Shown here piece by piece: positions 1-13,206 of a stretch of DNA of 64,000 nucleotides. Position 1 is the stretch's first letter. Every line of letters starts with the position of its first letter. The notes below the pieces were generated by a model. The model made no database searches. It had not been told where the DNA came from and saw only the letters and a program-made list of their open reading frames with translations. A program made the position numbers and the translations under genes. Origin of the DNA: Takakia lepidozioides (taxonomy: Eukaryota > Plantae > Bryophyta); NCBI GenBank assembly GCA_030704615.1, contig CM060732.1, positions 50,158,001-50,222,000 on the forward strand, read 5' to 3'.

Positions 1-361
1 ACTCACCGAGTTCAATCCTTGTCAGATTTGCAATGACACAAGCAAGTTCCCCATAGGTCAGGCTAAGAGCTGCACACGGTTGTGCAGGGTCAAGAAGTGC
101 AGAACACGATGCATCTGACGTGTGAAACACATCCATGACATGCTCCTTGCTTTGCCAGCTCCATTCTTTCTGAAGTGACAAGCTTTTCTGGTTGCATAAT
201 TGTGATACATGCACTCTCAGTAGACCCTTTCAACTTCTCTTTTGGATACTGACACCCACAAAATGCTGGAAGCACCTCCCGGCCTGTGTGGCATTGGTAC
301 CATGCGCGGAGTAATGATTGAATGCTGAAAATGCAGCATAAAAAAAAAGACCCCATTAAGC

Positions 362-3300
362 TCAGTCATCTTCTAGCTCTTCAAGCTGTGCCCGTCTCGC
401 AGCTGCCCGCTTGCGTATAAAAATACCCCAACGCAGTGCTGCCTTCAGCTTTAGCCACCCCACATAGGCCTTGCCATTGGCACGAGGTTTCTCTTCACCT
501 ACACTGACAGTGGGACCAGGAGAAAAGCTGAAAGGAAAGGGGTCATGCTCTTGGAATGAGCCGTATGGGTTACCCGGGAATTCGCCAGCAGCAGTTGCAT
601 TGAACATTCGCAACAGCTGCTGCATGTCCTCATTTTCAAGCATCTCCAGACTTTTAGCACGCAGATCATCTTCATTGGTGAAATCGTCAACCTGCATGCT
701 CCTCGGGAAGCTCTCTTGGCCCCGGGTTTCACGATATCGTGGCCCATCATTTGCTCCCGAGTTCACAACCATTACACCTGGGTTCATGGGAGCAAGCACA
801 ATGCCAGAGGAAGGTATCATGGCAGTTTGTGGCGGACCAAGGGCCAGCCCTGTCATGCCAATGCTGCCCCCTTGAAATGACGAGCTTGCTTGGGTGCTTG
901 ACTCCATGCTGTTGTTCATACGGAGTGCAGATCCCATCGTGTTCTGATCTGGTAGAGGCTGAGTGGCCTGACTGGTATACGACCGGGCAAAGTTTGACTT
1001 TTGATCAGGTCCATAAGCATGAGGTCTGGTCGCTCCACTGCCTGCATGTTGATGGAAGAACATTCCCAATCAGCTCAAAAGGGGAGATTCAATGTCATCA
1101 AAGAGCACATCAGGACCAGCAGAGCGACAGGGAAAGCTTCAACCATCATACCAGCTAACTGAGTTTTGGTCTGAAGGTAAAAGTTTCAACATTTGTCTTC
1201 AAAGCAGACGACAGCTACAATGGTGATAAAACTTACGTCCGGGCATCACAAAAGCAGGATAACCAGTAGGAAATTAGAAGCCGGCTTTAGGGGAAACACG
1301 CGAGTTGACCAACCAATTACTTTAGTCGCAGAATCCTAAAGTTGGATCTACTATGATGGGTGGGCGCCTACCGGTCCGGCACTGCAAGGCCCCTGGGTGG
1401 GCCAGACGTACACCTGGCAGCCCAGTAGCTGCACAACTTGGCTTTTAGCACTGCACAGCCAGCACTGAGTTTTGCAGACACAAAATGATCACGCTCAGTT
1501 GGATGTGAACGTGCGAATTGTTGTCTAACTACAACTATGGAGATTCGTTGCCAAAACGCCCCGGTCTGTTAGGACCAAATGAGGCACAACTGACATGACA
1601 GATCAGAACCTAATTTGTGAACAGAAGGAGAAAACAACACAAACAAAAAGGAATAAGCAGAATGCAGGAGAGAGTAAATAGAAACAGGAGCCACAACTCT
1701 GCAGAAAAGCCAGAAAAGGGATTCAGCCCAGCTGTTAGCCATGCTGGCATCTTCATGATCCAATATGACCCAATCTAACGTTCTTGAGGCAGAGGAAACA
1801 ACAGAACTTGTCTGCAGGAAAAACCAAAGACAGCTGACAGACCTCAAAGCCGGCAGCATAGATATGCATATCAGAAAAGAGGCGTGAGAACTGAATAAAA
1901 GAGCCCAACTTTCAGGCAAAGTAACAACCTCTTGCTGTGCCTCTTCAACTAGCTCAAGAGTGCAATTTCCAAACCGTCTTGCTAAATCATAGGAGAGTAC
2001 TTTCACCAGGAGCTTGAAATCAAACCTCTCGACAAACATTCAGTTTCAAGTACAACTAACCGCCAGCACCACATCAAGCTGAAGTAAGGATCCTACAACC
2101 TGGCATCAAGTTTGCTCCCATCTCACTCTTACAAATCCTGAGAAGTAAGCTCCTTTCATTCATTTGAGCAGAAGTAAACTTACAGAGGAGATCTAAGCAC
2201 AACCATGGAGTGAACAGATGACAAAAACTTATTGATATGCACTCAAACACAGCCACCTGATGAGACAAGGAAAGAATCTGACTACCAAGAGTTGCTTCTC
2301 CAACAACTCACTTAGTCAGAACACAAACAGCATAACTCTCCCTCTCATATCAACAACTCCATTACTAATCTCCACAGTCAACTGACATAAACCTCAGCTT
2401 CGACTCTGAGGGTAAAACAAGTTGCGTCTTCATTGGCTAGTGGTGGGGCCTCCTTATGCAAGTTGCTACCACATGACCTCTGACCACTGGCGGATTGGGA
2501 AATCCCCCACTTCAAAAACCCACATCAAAGCACTGTACCTGAAAAGTTTACCAGCCATTCAAAACACAACCAAGCTAGAGATCCCCATTACTGACCCCAG
2601 AAGTACCACCGCTTATAACACAGCCAGGTCCAAAATAAAGCCACATAAAAAAAGCCCTCTTCTCGATCTTACATCTGTGACTCGTATGGAGAAAATCTAA
2701 TATGGCTAGTTTCATTTGTTAGATTACAAGACTGAAGAGCAGAAGCTTCTACTAAAGCACCCACCCTCTGCTCAGCTCTGAGATTTAGGAATTTTGCTTC
2801 CTGATAAAGCTCAAAGCTCTATATTTGTGATATTCAACAAGATCTTTAATCAGATGGTTACCCTAGGGGAAAGATGCAGAAGAGAGGTTTGGCTTTAAGA
2901 GCGGACCTGAGAGTCAGGCAAATACAGGGCCTTGGGCTATGGGGAGGTACCAACCAGGTCTGGTAGCACCGGAGGAAGCACTGGATGATTGATGCTGCTG
3001 CATCGGGGCTGGGCGGGAGGACAGGGGCTGCGGTTGGCTAAAGCCACCTCCATGTGGCTGGAGGTTGCGGCCACCAGAGCCATGACCATGGATTGGATCT
3101 TCAGTGTGAGCATCAATTCCCCTCAGTGCACTGGGTTTCACCCCAATTAACGCCTCTCCATCATACTCCACAACATTCTCCCAGTTTTCATAAGCTACCT
3201 TCACTAGCTTATCCACATACACCTGTGTATTATTCCACCAAGCAAAGAATTACTCTACTAAGAAATTTGCCCTTCACATCTTTGTATCTCAAGCTCTGTA

Positions 3301-6300
3301 TGAATAAAATGTATGCTAACCTCAAGATAAACAGTAGACGATTTGTACTACCATCACGAACAGACACCAAGCTAGACAACATTGATGACCCTTCACTAGC
3401 CTTGCACTGACAAAACAGTCAGAATAGAAGAGCAGCTATGCAACAACGATCCCAGGCAGTGTCAAATTCATACCTTCTCATTGTCAGCAAGAGAGTCAAC
3501 CGACATATAATTACTGTCGGCAATAAGACCCATTAGCTGGAATATATTGTTGAAGATGACACCAATGTTTTGCTTTTCATCGGCATAGTAGACATACAAC
3601 TTGCCGCTCAGCACACATGTCTTGGCATGCTCGACAGTACCCTCCCACATCTTATTTGACATTCCATTCCCCAAGATCTGCCACCACCCATCATAGATCA
3701 GCTCCCTCCCACTGACAACCCTCAGAGAATTACTCGAAGCTGGGAACTAAAAAGAAACCGGCATCTGAACAGTACTATTACTATGAGTATGTAGTCCAAA
3801 TCTTCCCCATGGAAGAGGCGTAAGATACATTGGAGTTACTATCTACTCACCACCTTGTGACAGGAGCTTTAGTCAGTTTTTAGGAAAGACCAATTACAAA
3901 ATTAATTTACTCACAATCTGTAACTTGAAAGTCACCATTAGAACACTTGTGGTTCATATGCTCAAACCACAATGCGACACTCCATGTAGCCATTTAAGAG
4001 GGCACATAGCATTAAAGATTAGCAATTAGGCCTATGTTTCCATTGACACAGTGATTCAAGATCCAGGTTGTAAACTGCTCACTGAACCTGATCAGGGACT
4101 ACTAAAAGATAAAGAGCCAATCGAGGAGGGTAACTAATGCCCACTTACATTGCGTAGTTTCTGTGGATCCATGACAACAAGGCGTAAGAAGTCCTCGACT
4201 GTCTGGATACTAGACTGGTTGAGACGCTTGTGGAAAGCACCATCCTTTCCAATCTTGTCCAAGCGCCACACCTCATCATTCAATGCTGGAGGATAATGCT
4301 TCTTGTATACTGTTTAGACCCAACAAAGTAATCATGGTCAATACAGGTCAGCTTACCATAAGGCTCGCAAATTGACAGGAGAAAATCCTCGTAGAATAGA
4401 ACTCAACTTCATACCTCCACCCTCTTTGTCTTTACGACCAGGTTGAACTTCGAGCTCTGAATGGTTATGTAGAGGTTCAGAGTGTAGGCAAAAGTAAGGC
4501 ACCTAGCTGGCTTGCCCATGTTTGTGCCTTCAATACCACACAGGCACCTCTTAGAGAGGAGTAAGAGGTGTTCCAGCCCATAAGGATATTGGGAGTTAAC
4601 AACAGACCACCACCAGCATGCTATGGTGGTCAGGAACTTGCACTTTCCTCATGATCCTCCTCCTCAAGACAATTCGACAGTAACCCAAAAACCATAGCCA
4701 AACTTCTAGAAGCCAATATCTGCTTTCCAAAAGTTTGTGGAATTTGCTATACACAGATGCAAAGAGAGAAGTTCAGCAAGAGAAATATACATTCGCCTCG
4801 GTGATCTTTCACAGTGAACGCCTCTGTCTTAGCTTCTCGAATTCGCAAGCCCTCGCAGTGGCCTGAAGAGATCTTCACCCCAAGCCGAAACTTCCGGCTC
4901 CGGATCCAGCTTGAATTATCAGTGAACGTCAACTCACCAAGCGTACCCACTCCTTCCTTCAATGTAACAGACAAGTCTCCTGTCAGGAGTGGTCTTTTCC
5001 CCTCACGCTCTCTAACCTCAGCATTCTCGAAGTCCTCTTGGGGCCAATTCTCCTCGTCATCAGCAGTGAAATCGCCCTCTAAAACCACGACTTCGAGCTT
5101 AGCAGATGATTCTGCACCTACAGTCACAACCTGGCCCGTAGCAGCATCCAGCAGCACTACATGAATGGCAGTTCCTTGCTCTCCCTCCACCTTGCTTCCA
5201 GTAAAAAGGGGGAGAGCCAACTTATTTCTAAATTGCAGCCGTAAAATTCGCTGGTCAGGGCCCTGTATCCTTTTAGGCGATGATCTACACATATCAGAAA
5301 CAGACATGATTAAGCTCTAGCACCAACTTTCTGAACATCAAATGTTGTTTCCAAGACAAACATAAACCATAGCCATACAAGCATGAAGAACATAATCCCT
5401 AATGGAGGGGTCAAACAATGTCTGAAGAATTTGGAGGTATACTTCTAATATAAACACATCTTGCAGAAATACTAGATACCCTGGAACATACCACAGTGTA
5501 TACTTTACAACTCATACTACAGAGACTCCTGGAGTTTCAGCCCACATTTGCTGCCAGTTAGATGTTGTGGATTTTTTTCAGAATTCAGAATGCACACAAT
5601 ATAGCTGAGAGTATTAAACATGATTAATGAAATTGGGTGTGAAAATGTGGGAAACTTTCATACCGAGATCCCACTTTAGGAGGGGCGAAATTGGCAAGTG
5701 CCCTTTCAACCTCTTCTCCCACCTGCAAAATAAAAAAGGATCAAGCCATCAGACATTGCCCGGCCCTGAGCAAGCCACAAAAGCTCCTCCAAATCCCGGC
5801 CTGGTCCCTATCTGGAGTTGAGGATACTACCAAATGGTGGTAAGTGGATCATGACATGGATGCAAGGAGCATCAGAACCATACCAAGACATAGTTGGATG
5901 GACAAAGGGGCATCCTGCTGCTAATCCCCACAAGAGTGCCAAAAAACACTCGGGATACTTCTACAAAGAGTAGAATCTTCCCTCAAAAGACACTTTACCA
6001 TTACCGAAATAAAAAAGATGTACAATACATGCAGCTCATTTCGGTATCAAAATTGCATGACCATGATATGGAAAGCAGTAGCACACCTATTCAGGGTTCT
6101 TGTGCTAAGGGACGATCATGCACAACAGATGAGTCCTCACCTACGAATGTACATGAAGGTAACCTGTTCATGGTAAACTTAAGCGGAAAACTCTCCTCAC
6201 ACTCTCCTCGCACCGGTACTATTCTGTAAGAACAAGATTTTAGAAAACATGAAGACAAATGGGGAGAAAAATAGAGGGCTTACCACTCTGCGAAGTAGTG

Positions 6301-6713
6301 GTTCAAGAGTCGAGCACAGCTTCGAGAGACTGTCCATCTTAATAGCTTCTACTATCGCACTGGACATACAACACACAATACAATGGCCAAAAAGACTTTC
6401 AGGACATAACGCACATTTCCTACAACTGTAAACATGCGAGATTCGAAGATGACTCACGCTCATTCCAAACTCGATACTTTACACGAAATAAAACAGAAAA
6501 TGGACATGTAAGAAAACTGACGCATCTGAACTGCCTGTTTGACTCCACGACATACAGACGCAACAGAAAATGTTTGGGCTTTCCGCCGGAAGGGAGCAAA
6601 GGGGAGAAGAGAAACCTAGTGAGGGCAGGGCCGCGCTGTTTCTTTTCATCAGGCAAGCCTCCATCTTTAGCCGCATCCTTCTCTGCAGCAAAGGGCCGCT
6701 TCTCCCTTGCCAT
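362..6713 (-). CDS. CBP60: Calmodulin-binding protein 60 family transcription factor (CBP60b-like, C-terminal CaM-binding site), 8 coding exons
   Basis: Exons with GT-AG junctions and matching phases: 6713-6616, 6359-6284, 5722-5664, 5284-4791, 4309-4149, 3677-3474, 3222-2955, 1041-362. Family motifs: [70 protein letters not shown], and the C-terminal CaM-binding [31 protein letters not shown]. Confidence 0.95.
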
Positions 6714-9700
6714 TCCTTCTTCGGAGGCTGTACTTTGCGAAGAGAAAGCCAGTTTGACAGTGGCCACAAAACCAACAAGTTCTCACTCTCTCAAAATGCT
6801 AATACCGAAGTCTTAGATTCCAAGAAATTCGCAGACTAAGTTCTGCGTTAACGACTTCAAAAACCCTAACTTGCAGTTTTCGAAGTTCACCAAGCTCCAG
6901 AAGCAAGCTAATCCTCACAAGAACAAGCTGGTATACACAGCCAGTTCGACAACAACCATCCGCATCTAAGTGCCACTGCCAACCCGCTGCTTACAATCAC
7001 AGACAAACGAACCATGCAAGACCAACATCTCAGCCAACTCCGAGGAAGGTCAACGGGGGATCCTAAACTCTAAACCACACCACTTCTACACAAACAGACG
7101 AAGACTAGTGATGCGACAGGAAATGGAGTGAAGCAGAACCAAGATTGGCCCGAGCTGGTCGTGTAGTCAAGCAAAAACAACATTGAATGCTCTCAAAATT
7201 ACAGCGAAAGGATGGGACGCTTAGGATCTACACACTTTATGTGTTGGCTTTCAGAACCGTCTGATCTGGCACAAGATAAGTTATGGTAGCATGCAGCCTT
7301 CTCCACAACGACGATCTCAGGCTGCGAGTCGAGGCAGGGATGTGAAGGCCCTGCGGCTGCCCTGCCCGCCCCCATGCCCGCATGCACCCATGCCATCCAT
7401 GCCCACGCGTTTTCCCTGTCCTTTTCTACGCGGCGCTTTTTCGTTCGCTCTGACTAGTGCTGACCCCTGTTCGCGACCCCTAATTCAGGGGTTTAGTACG
7501 GTTGGTGCTGACAACTCAGCGTTAGTGAGGAGTTTAGTGAACTAGTAATTCGCAACCACATTACTTCTAGAAGGTTCTTTCGTGGAGACTGCTTGCACAG
7601 CTGTCAACTTCTAGGCATCTCTGATTTTCTTTTGCCTTAAAACAAATAGCACTCGACCAATAAATTTGGCTTCAATTGTCTATTTATTTTTAATTTGTTT
7701 AATTTATTATATTATATTATATTTATTTTGTTGTATTTATTATCTTTTTGGTGAAAGGGGAAATCAAAGTGTTGTTATTTCTGGCGAATTCTCGCCAATC
7801 CCAAGAACAAAAAGAATATTCTCTCGTAAATTCCCTGTTTTCTCATGGATGAAATCGCCAAACTTCTCCAGATCAAATGTAAATAATGGATGAACTTGCC
7901 AGATATGGATGATATACATGGATTGAAGTACAGAGGAGGATGATTCTATCCAAATTTCAGAGGATGAAGAGGATGAACAGAAAATATGGCAATTTCTTGC
8001 ATCATACTCAGTAGCCACTCCTGATATTTTCCAAATTTAAAAAAAAAAGCACTAAAGGGGATGCAATGAACTTCAAGCCCTACACGGGACTGGCTGTCAT
8101 TCTTTCTTTTTCCTTTTTTTGTTTTTTTGTTTTTTTTTTCATTAGCGGAAAGGGACGGAGCCGCGCCCATTTGATCATCCTTTTTATTTTTCTCCAATTT
8201 GTTTTTTTTTAAAACAGAGCCTTGTTTTGTTTTCATTTTTTGGAAAGCGACACTGCCTGAGTGGAATTATTGAGTGAATGTTTTTCTATAAAAAACTAAA
8301 ATTAGGAATAATGTTGCATCAGGATTCTCTAGTTTATAACGTCACAGCCAGTTTTACAGCACGTTGCTTACCTGTTGTAGCCGGTTAAGGATATGATACC
8401 AGTCCACGTTTCTCCCGATCTGGAATAGCCGGTTGCATTCTTAGTACTACCGTATAGCTTCCACGTGTCTTTGTGGACTTATCTTAGTTGACGGCTGATC
8501 CTGGAAGGCTGATGGATGATCATTCACCACATGTGGATGCATGCATGCGCAGGAATGAGGCATGCATCGCACGGTGGCAAATATACAACGACCGGGTGGT
8601 GGCATGCATGTATGGATGAGTGCATGCGGACGCATAGCCGAACGCGTGGATGGATGACCCACATCCTCCTCATTCATCCCCCAAAATATCCTGGACGGAA
8701 TTAGGGCCCCAAAAGTTCCCGAGTCGGTAGAATGGATGGCATGGGTGGCGCATGGGATGGGGTCATGGTAGGTTCCAGGCAGGAGGGGAATAATAGTGTC
8801 ATTCAGAGGCCCGAAACCCTAAGAGATGATTCTGGAAGCTTCCGGGGAGGCGTGGTGGATGGATGAATGATAAAGTGACCGACGATGACAGCAACGGCGC
8901 TCGAGGAAAACATGCGCTTTGGCGAGACTCTCATTCCGTAGGTAACCGGCGGCTCCCGGTCGCACAGCGGCGCTGGTCAGAGTCAACCGTGTTCAGTTGA
9001 CGGATGAATGAATTCTATTTCATCCAATGCCTTGTGACTTTAGGAAGGGAAATCTCTGAGTTTCTAAGTCCAACAAGTCCCAAAGCCAGTGGAAAGGCCA
9101 GTTCAACAAACAACTGTGGAGATGCGCTGCGCTGCAAAATTCAGGGAGGCAGAAGCTACACAGCTCATCCAAGTGCTAACTCTATGTTATACCCGTATGC
9201 AACTGTTGGATACTAGTTGTTCAGAGTCATATACATCACCGCATGCAACTCTAATGCTATCTCACATTCTTCCAAAAACTATCCACACACACACCATTGC
9301 CAATTACTGCTGTGATCAAAGGAAAAATTACTATCTCACTATATGGTGCAACCATCTCATAAGCTACAGAGGAGCTTTCAATCACTTATCATGCTACTAT
9401 ATCCAAGTCCTGCAACAATCAGAACTCAAAAAATGTTGTTTTACACAACAACCATACACTGGGACAAGCATACCAACAAACAAAAATGTCATCACATTAA
9501 CAAGCTGTCCTCAGGCACACCTGAATGTCGAATGCATATGCTACCCATCCTTGAAACCACTAACTACCGCTCTGCTCAAAAGCACTAGAACTGTCATGGC
9601 TGCCACTAAAGGCCACACATGCACTTGCTCCACCACTACAAAAGCAGCCTGCTGTAGTTCACTCAACAGGTACCTTGCGGGGGGAGATGCTTTGTGGAAT

Positions 9701-10119
9701 CCCCTGCAGGGGTTAGCTGGGCTCCGGCTTGGTGGGAGCTCAAATATGCCGGTTTGAGGCATCCATTTCCAGACGTGCAACCCCCCCCACCCCATCCGAT
9801 ACAGCCGTAATGCACTCATCGTGGTGTGGGTATTGGGTAGGTACATGCTGTGTCATGGCAATGTGGCGGTCATTTGTTTTTCCAAATATTGCTTGGGACT
9901 GCTGGTTTGGAGGTGCCATGCTAAGACCACAGCGTCATATTTTGTTGGAGGGGGTGTGGGGAGCCGGCATATATTACTGATGCTGGGGTATCCAACATTG
10001 CTAACCACTGCAATGAGCAAAAGTTGCAAGTACCAGCATACCATAAGCTACAACTATTTTGTCTGCCACTAAGGAGCATTCACACGAGAAACAGGCTGCT
10101 ATATACCGACCCTATCTCT

Positions 10120-10660
10120 AAACAATGGACAGCACCTCAGCCTGAACGGACAGCACGAAACTCAAAGCTAGGGATTCACACAAGGGAACCGGTTTCCACC
10201 CCAAATGCCATTACATTTATTCAGATACAGTATTGCGTAGCCCAGCTACCCCCAATGCGGGGAACTCCACTGAATATCTATGCCAAGATGCAACTGCATA
10301 GACAATTGCCAACTGCCGCTTAATAAAAATCTACAAACACTGCCACATGATATGATGCAATTAGAAGAGAACTCATCCAACCAGCATACAACTATATACA
10401 ACTACAGTTCCCAAACCATGGATGGCACCTCAATTTGAATGGGCAGCACACAGCTCCAAGCAAAGGGGTCACACAGGGGAACCCATATCCACCCCAAATG
10501 TCATTTCATTTGTGTCCTACTCCGAGATACATTACAACGCTACAACCATCGTGGAGAACTACACTCGAGCTATACCACTCTGCCAACTACACATACTACT
10601 GTCACTCCATGTTATGACCAAAAACCACAGTCACTATCACATCATATGCTGCCACTATCT
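10120..10660. repeat. Diverged direct duplication, period about 295 bp
   Basis: aaacaatggacagcacctcag...gggattcacacaagggaaccggtttccaccccaaatgccattacattt (about 10120-10218) aligns with aaaccatggatggcacctcaa...ggggtcacacaggggaacccatatccaccccaaatgtcatttcattt (about 10413-10511). Confidence 0.6.
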
Positions 10661-10754
10661 TGGCTGATACTAAGAGGCAATCATTTTCACAGTTTCCCAA
10701 CAATACACGGGGCTAAGAGAAGCACAGGAGCGGGGGAGATAGGCATATTACCTC

Positions 10755-11286
10755 TCACTTATTGCCTCGGTAGAAATTCTTCAGGAACTCGGACTCTCCG
10801 TGGTAATCCTCGCCCAGCTTGTGGACATCCCCAGTCAAGCCTTCAGGCCCGATAATATATTGGGAAAGCAAATGGTGGCGCTGTTTAGAATGGTCTATAC
10901 AATACTGGAGCTCCTCTTGCCCCTTGAACACCAACATGTCAATAACCTAAAATCCCACACAGCATTCCTCAAAAACCAATCTCCCTCAAGGCACACGGAA
11001 CATCTAAATCATCAGAGCTTAGAAAACATTGAAAGTCAACCAGGGAGCACACAGCGATCCATGCCTTGGGATTAGAGCCGGTGGAATGCTTGCGGAATTG
11101 AGCTGCGACCTTGGAGCGCAATTCCGACAGAGATATGACATCCAGCAGATTATATCGGTCCATGATCGAAGGCAACGATCGGCAGGCCTCCCTGAACAAA
11201 CCAAGCGCTCGACTGTGGGCCTCCTCCAGCGATGCCGACCCACTGCCCGTCTTTGTCACCCGCAGGTTTTTAATGAGTGTGGCCAT
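10755..11286 (-). CDS. NDUFA6: Mitochondrial complex I accessory subunit B14 / NDUFA6 (LYR family), 137 aa, 2 exons
   Basis: Exon 1 11286-11065 (MATLIKNLRV...SASLEEAHSRALGLFREACRSLPSIMDRYNL...NPK) and exon 2 10946-10755 (VIDMLVFKGQEELQYCIDHSKQRHHLLSQYIIG...FLKNFYRGNK). Collinear with plant B14 as recalled (PKVIDLLIFKGMEEL...HAKQRHH...FLKNFY). The intron has a GC donor. Confidence 0.9.
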
Positions 11287-11399
11287 CGCCTCCAGCCCAA
11301 TATATCTTGTCGCTAATCGTTCGAGACCCAAAGAGCTTTCTGTCAATCTCTGCTCCAACACTCGTCTTCGCTCACACTCCCATCAGCATTACAAATCTG

Positions 11400-13170
11400 T
11401 GGAGCAGATCCGCCTGCTCTCTTGCTCTGTGCTGCTTGGGCAGGAGAGAGACGACCTTGCTATGGATGAATGAGTATCATCGGTAAGTACCATATTAAGA
11501 GTATGCCAATGTGCGTCTCTGTGGAGCAAAAGAAGTCTGGACGAGGAAGCTCTCATGACAAAGGATTGGAGCATGCTAGTGGGGACCCGAGTGGCCCCTT
11601 TGTATCCACGAGTTCAGTCCGGAAGGTTCCACAAGCAGTCTCCTTGTCACCTGATGGAGGGCTTTTATTTGTTGGTTTTCCAATCAAAGTGGGTAAGATC
11701 AGTAATTGAAGACAGAATTGTAGCCGAGGCACCCCATACAAGTTCCAGTGATTCATTCAAAGATTTGGAGGAAAGTGACGTGCAATTTGGACTTAAAGAG
11801 CTTGCAGATTCCTGCATGTTTGCTGGAGGTTTCTTCCTTGGGGGGTTTCATGTTGCCAGCGGGGGAGGACAAGAGAGATATAAGAGCATGCGGGCAAAAG
11901 TTCTTGGTCTGGGACTTCCAAGGGGCAGCTGAAATTTACTGCTTGGCTGATTCCAAGAATGAAATTCCTTGTGTAGAATCTTTGTCTTGTCTACCACTTA
12001 TCTCTCTTGGTCATGTATCAGCTGTGGAGTTTTATATCTGACAGCTAGATGATCTGATTCTTCGCTTTGAGACTGGGGATTTTGACTTGGGAAGAGGTCC
12101 TGTGTTGGAGCCTAAGGCTACGTTGTGGTTTACCCGACAGGCACCCTCTTTGAGCTCAAAGCCTAGTGAGAGTGTGAATTCTTGCGATGGCATGGTAAGA
12201 GGAGAAATGGCAGGGAATCAGAAGAGTTCTCCAGCAACCCAGTGGAGGCTGTGTTAATTGGGCAGGCAGGATTGTGTCGTGACGGGTTTGGAGCTGATAG
12301 TCCCATGCCTCTGGGGTCAGATATGGGCACATACAAATCAGGTTACTCAGAGGAGCAAGTTGTGAGAAAGGATGGCGGTGACAGCTCTTTAGCAAGCTCA
12401 TTGCCGAATGACACGAAAATTTCTTTAAGAGTATGCATTACAGCCCTGTGGTAGTGGAAATTGATGAGTTTGTCACTGCAACTATGCTGTTTTCTGGGAG
12501 CTCCTCAGTCCACTCGATGTTTGTGCATGGCTATGCCAGTGGAGAGATCCTATTGGTTGGGCTTGAGGACTTAGGCATCAGAATCCTTGTGTTGGTAAGG
12601 AGAATGAAGGGGTTGCAGCAAGTGTGATCCAGCCACTTAGAAGTTAATGTGGGCATCCTGGGCCCATTCTGTGCCTTGCAGAGCATAGCCTACCTCCATC
12701 TTCTGATCAACAAAGAGCGGAGCGTGTGCTATTGTCAGGGAGCATGGATTCAACAGTGCGTGTATGGAATTTGATGGAGGGAGGTAAAGCACTCGCAGTA
12801 CATAGCCACCATGTTGCAACCGTATGGCAACATCTTCTGCCGCCACCCGGCACTCAACAGCCCTGTTCACACTGCTTCCTTTCTGTTAGTGAGGACGCGT
12901 GTGTGCCCCTTTCCTCTCTTGAATCTTTGTCTGTGGAACAAATGTTTCCTGGCCATCCAGGCCTCCCCAAGACTGTATTGTGGGATGGAGTCCGGGGGAT
13001 GGAGTCCGGGGCTTCATTGCCTGCCTCTGTCCTCATCCCCCCGACCAGCCTTCAGGCTTAAACGAGGTGGACTGTCCTGCTGGCGCGTTTACATACAAGG
13101 TGGAGCGGTCATGGTCATGTATTTCCTGGTGCGCCTGGTGGAAATTGTGGCTGCATTAATAACTAACAAT
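11400..13170 (+). pseudogene. Degenerate internal fragment of a WDR7/rabconnectin-3-beta-like large WD40 gene
   Basis: Broken frames encode HGYASGEI, GHPGPILCLAEH, LLSGSMDSTVRVWNL...HHVATVWQHLLPPPGTQQPCSHCFLSVSEDACVPLSSLESLSVEQMFPGHPGLPKTVLWDGVRG and GFIACLC, matching the plant WDR7-like protein as recalled. It has multiple stops and frameshifts, including a 14-bp tandem duplication (gatggagtccgggg, 12984-13011), and no start or end. Confidence 0.8.
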
Positions 13171-13206
13171 CAACCTTCTCAACGCGGGGGGGGGGGATAT
13201 TCACAC

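Noticed and set aside
1569-2039. 156-aa hydrophobic ORF inside the last CBP60 intron
   Set aside because: Its composition reflects the T-rich intron strand, and no family motif was recognised.
7765-8255. Possible hAT-like MITE (aagtgttg...cgacactg ends)
   Set aside because: The terminal match is short and imperfect and there is no 8-bp TSD. It is probably an old repeat but cannot be supported.
9089-9757. 222-aa ORF and neighbouring ORFs at 9-10.8 kb
   Set aside because: Non-ATG start, no recognisable motifs, and located in repeat-like sequence downstream of NDUFA6.
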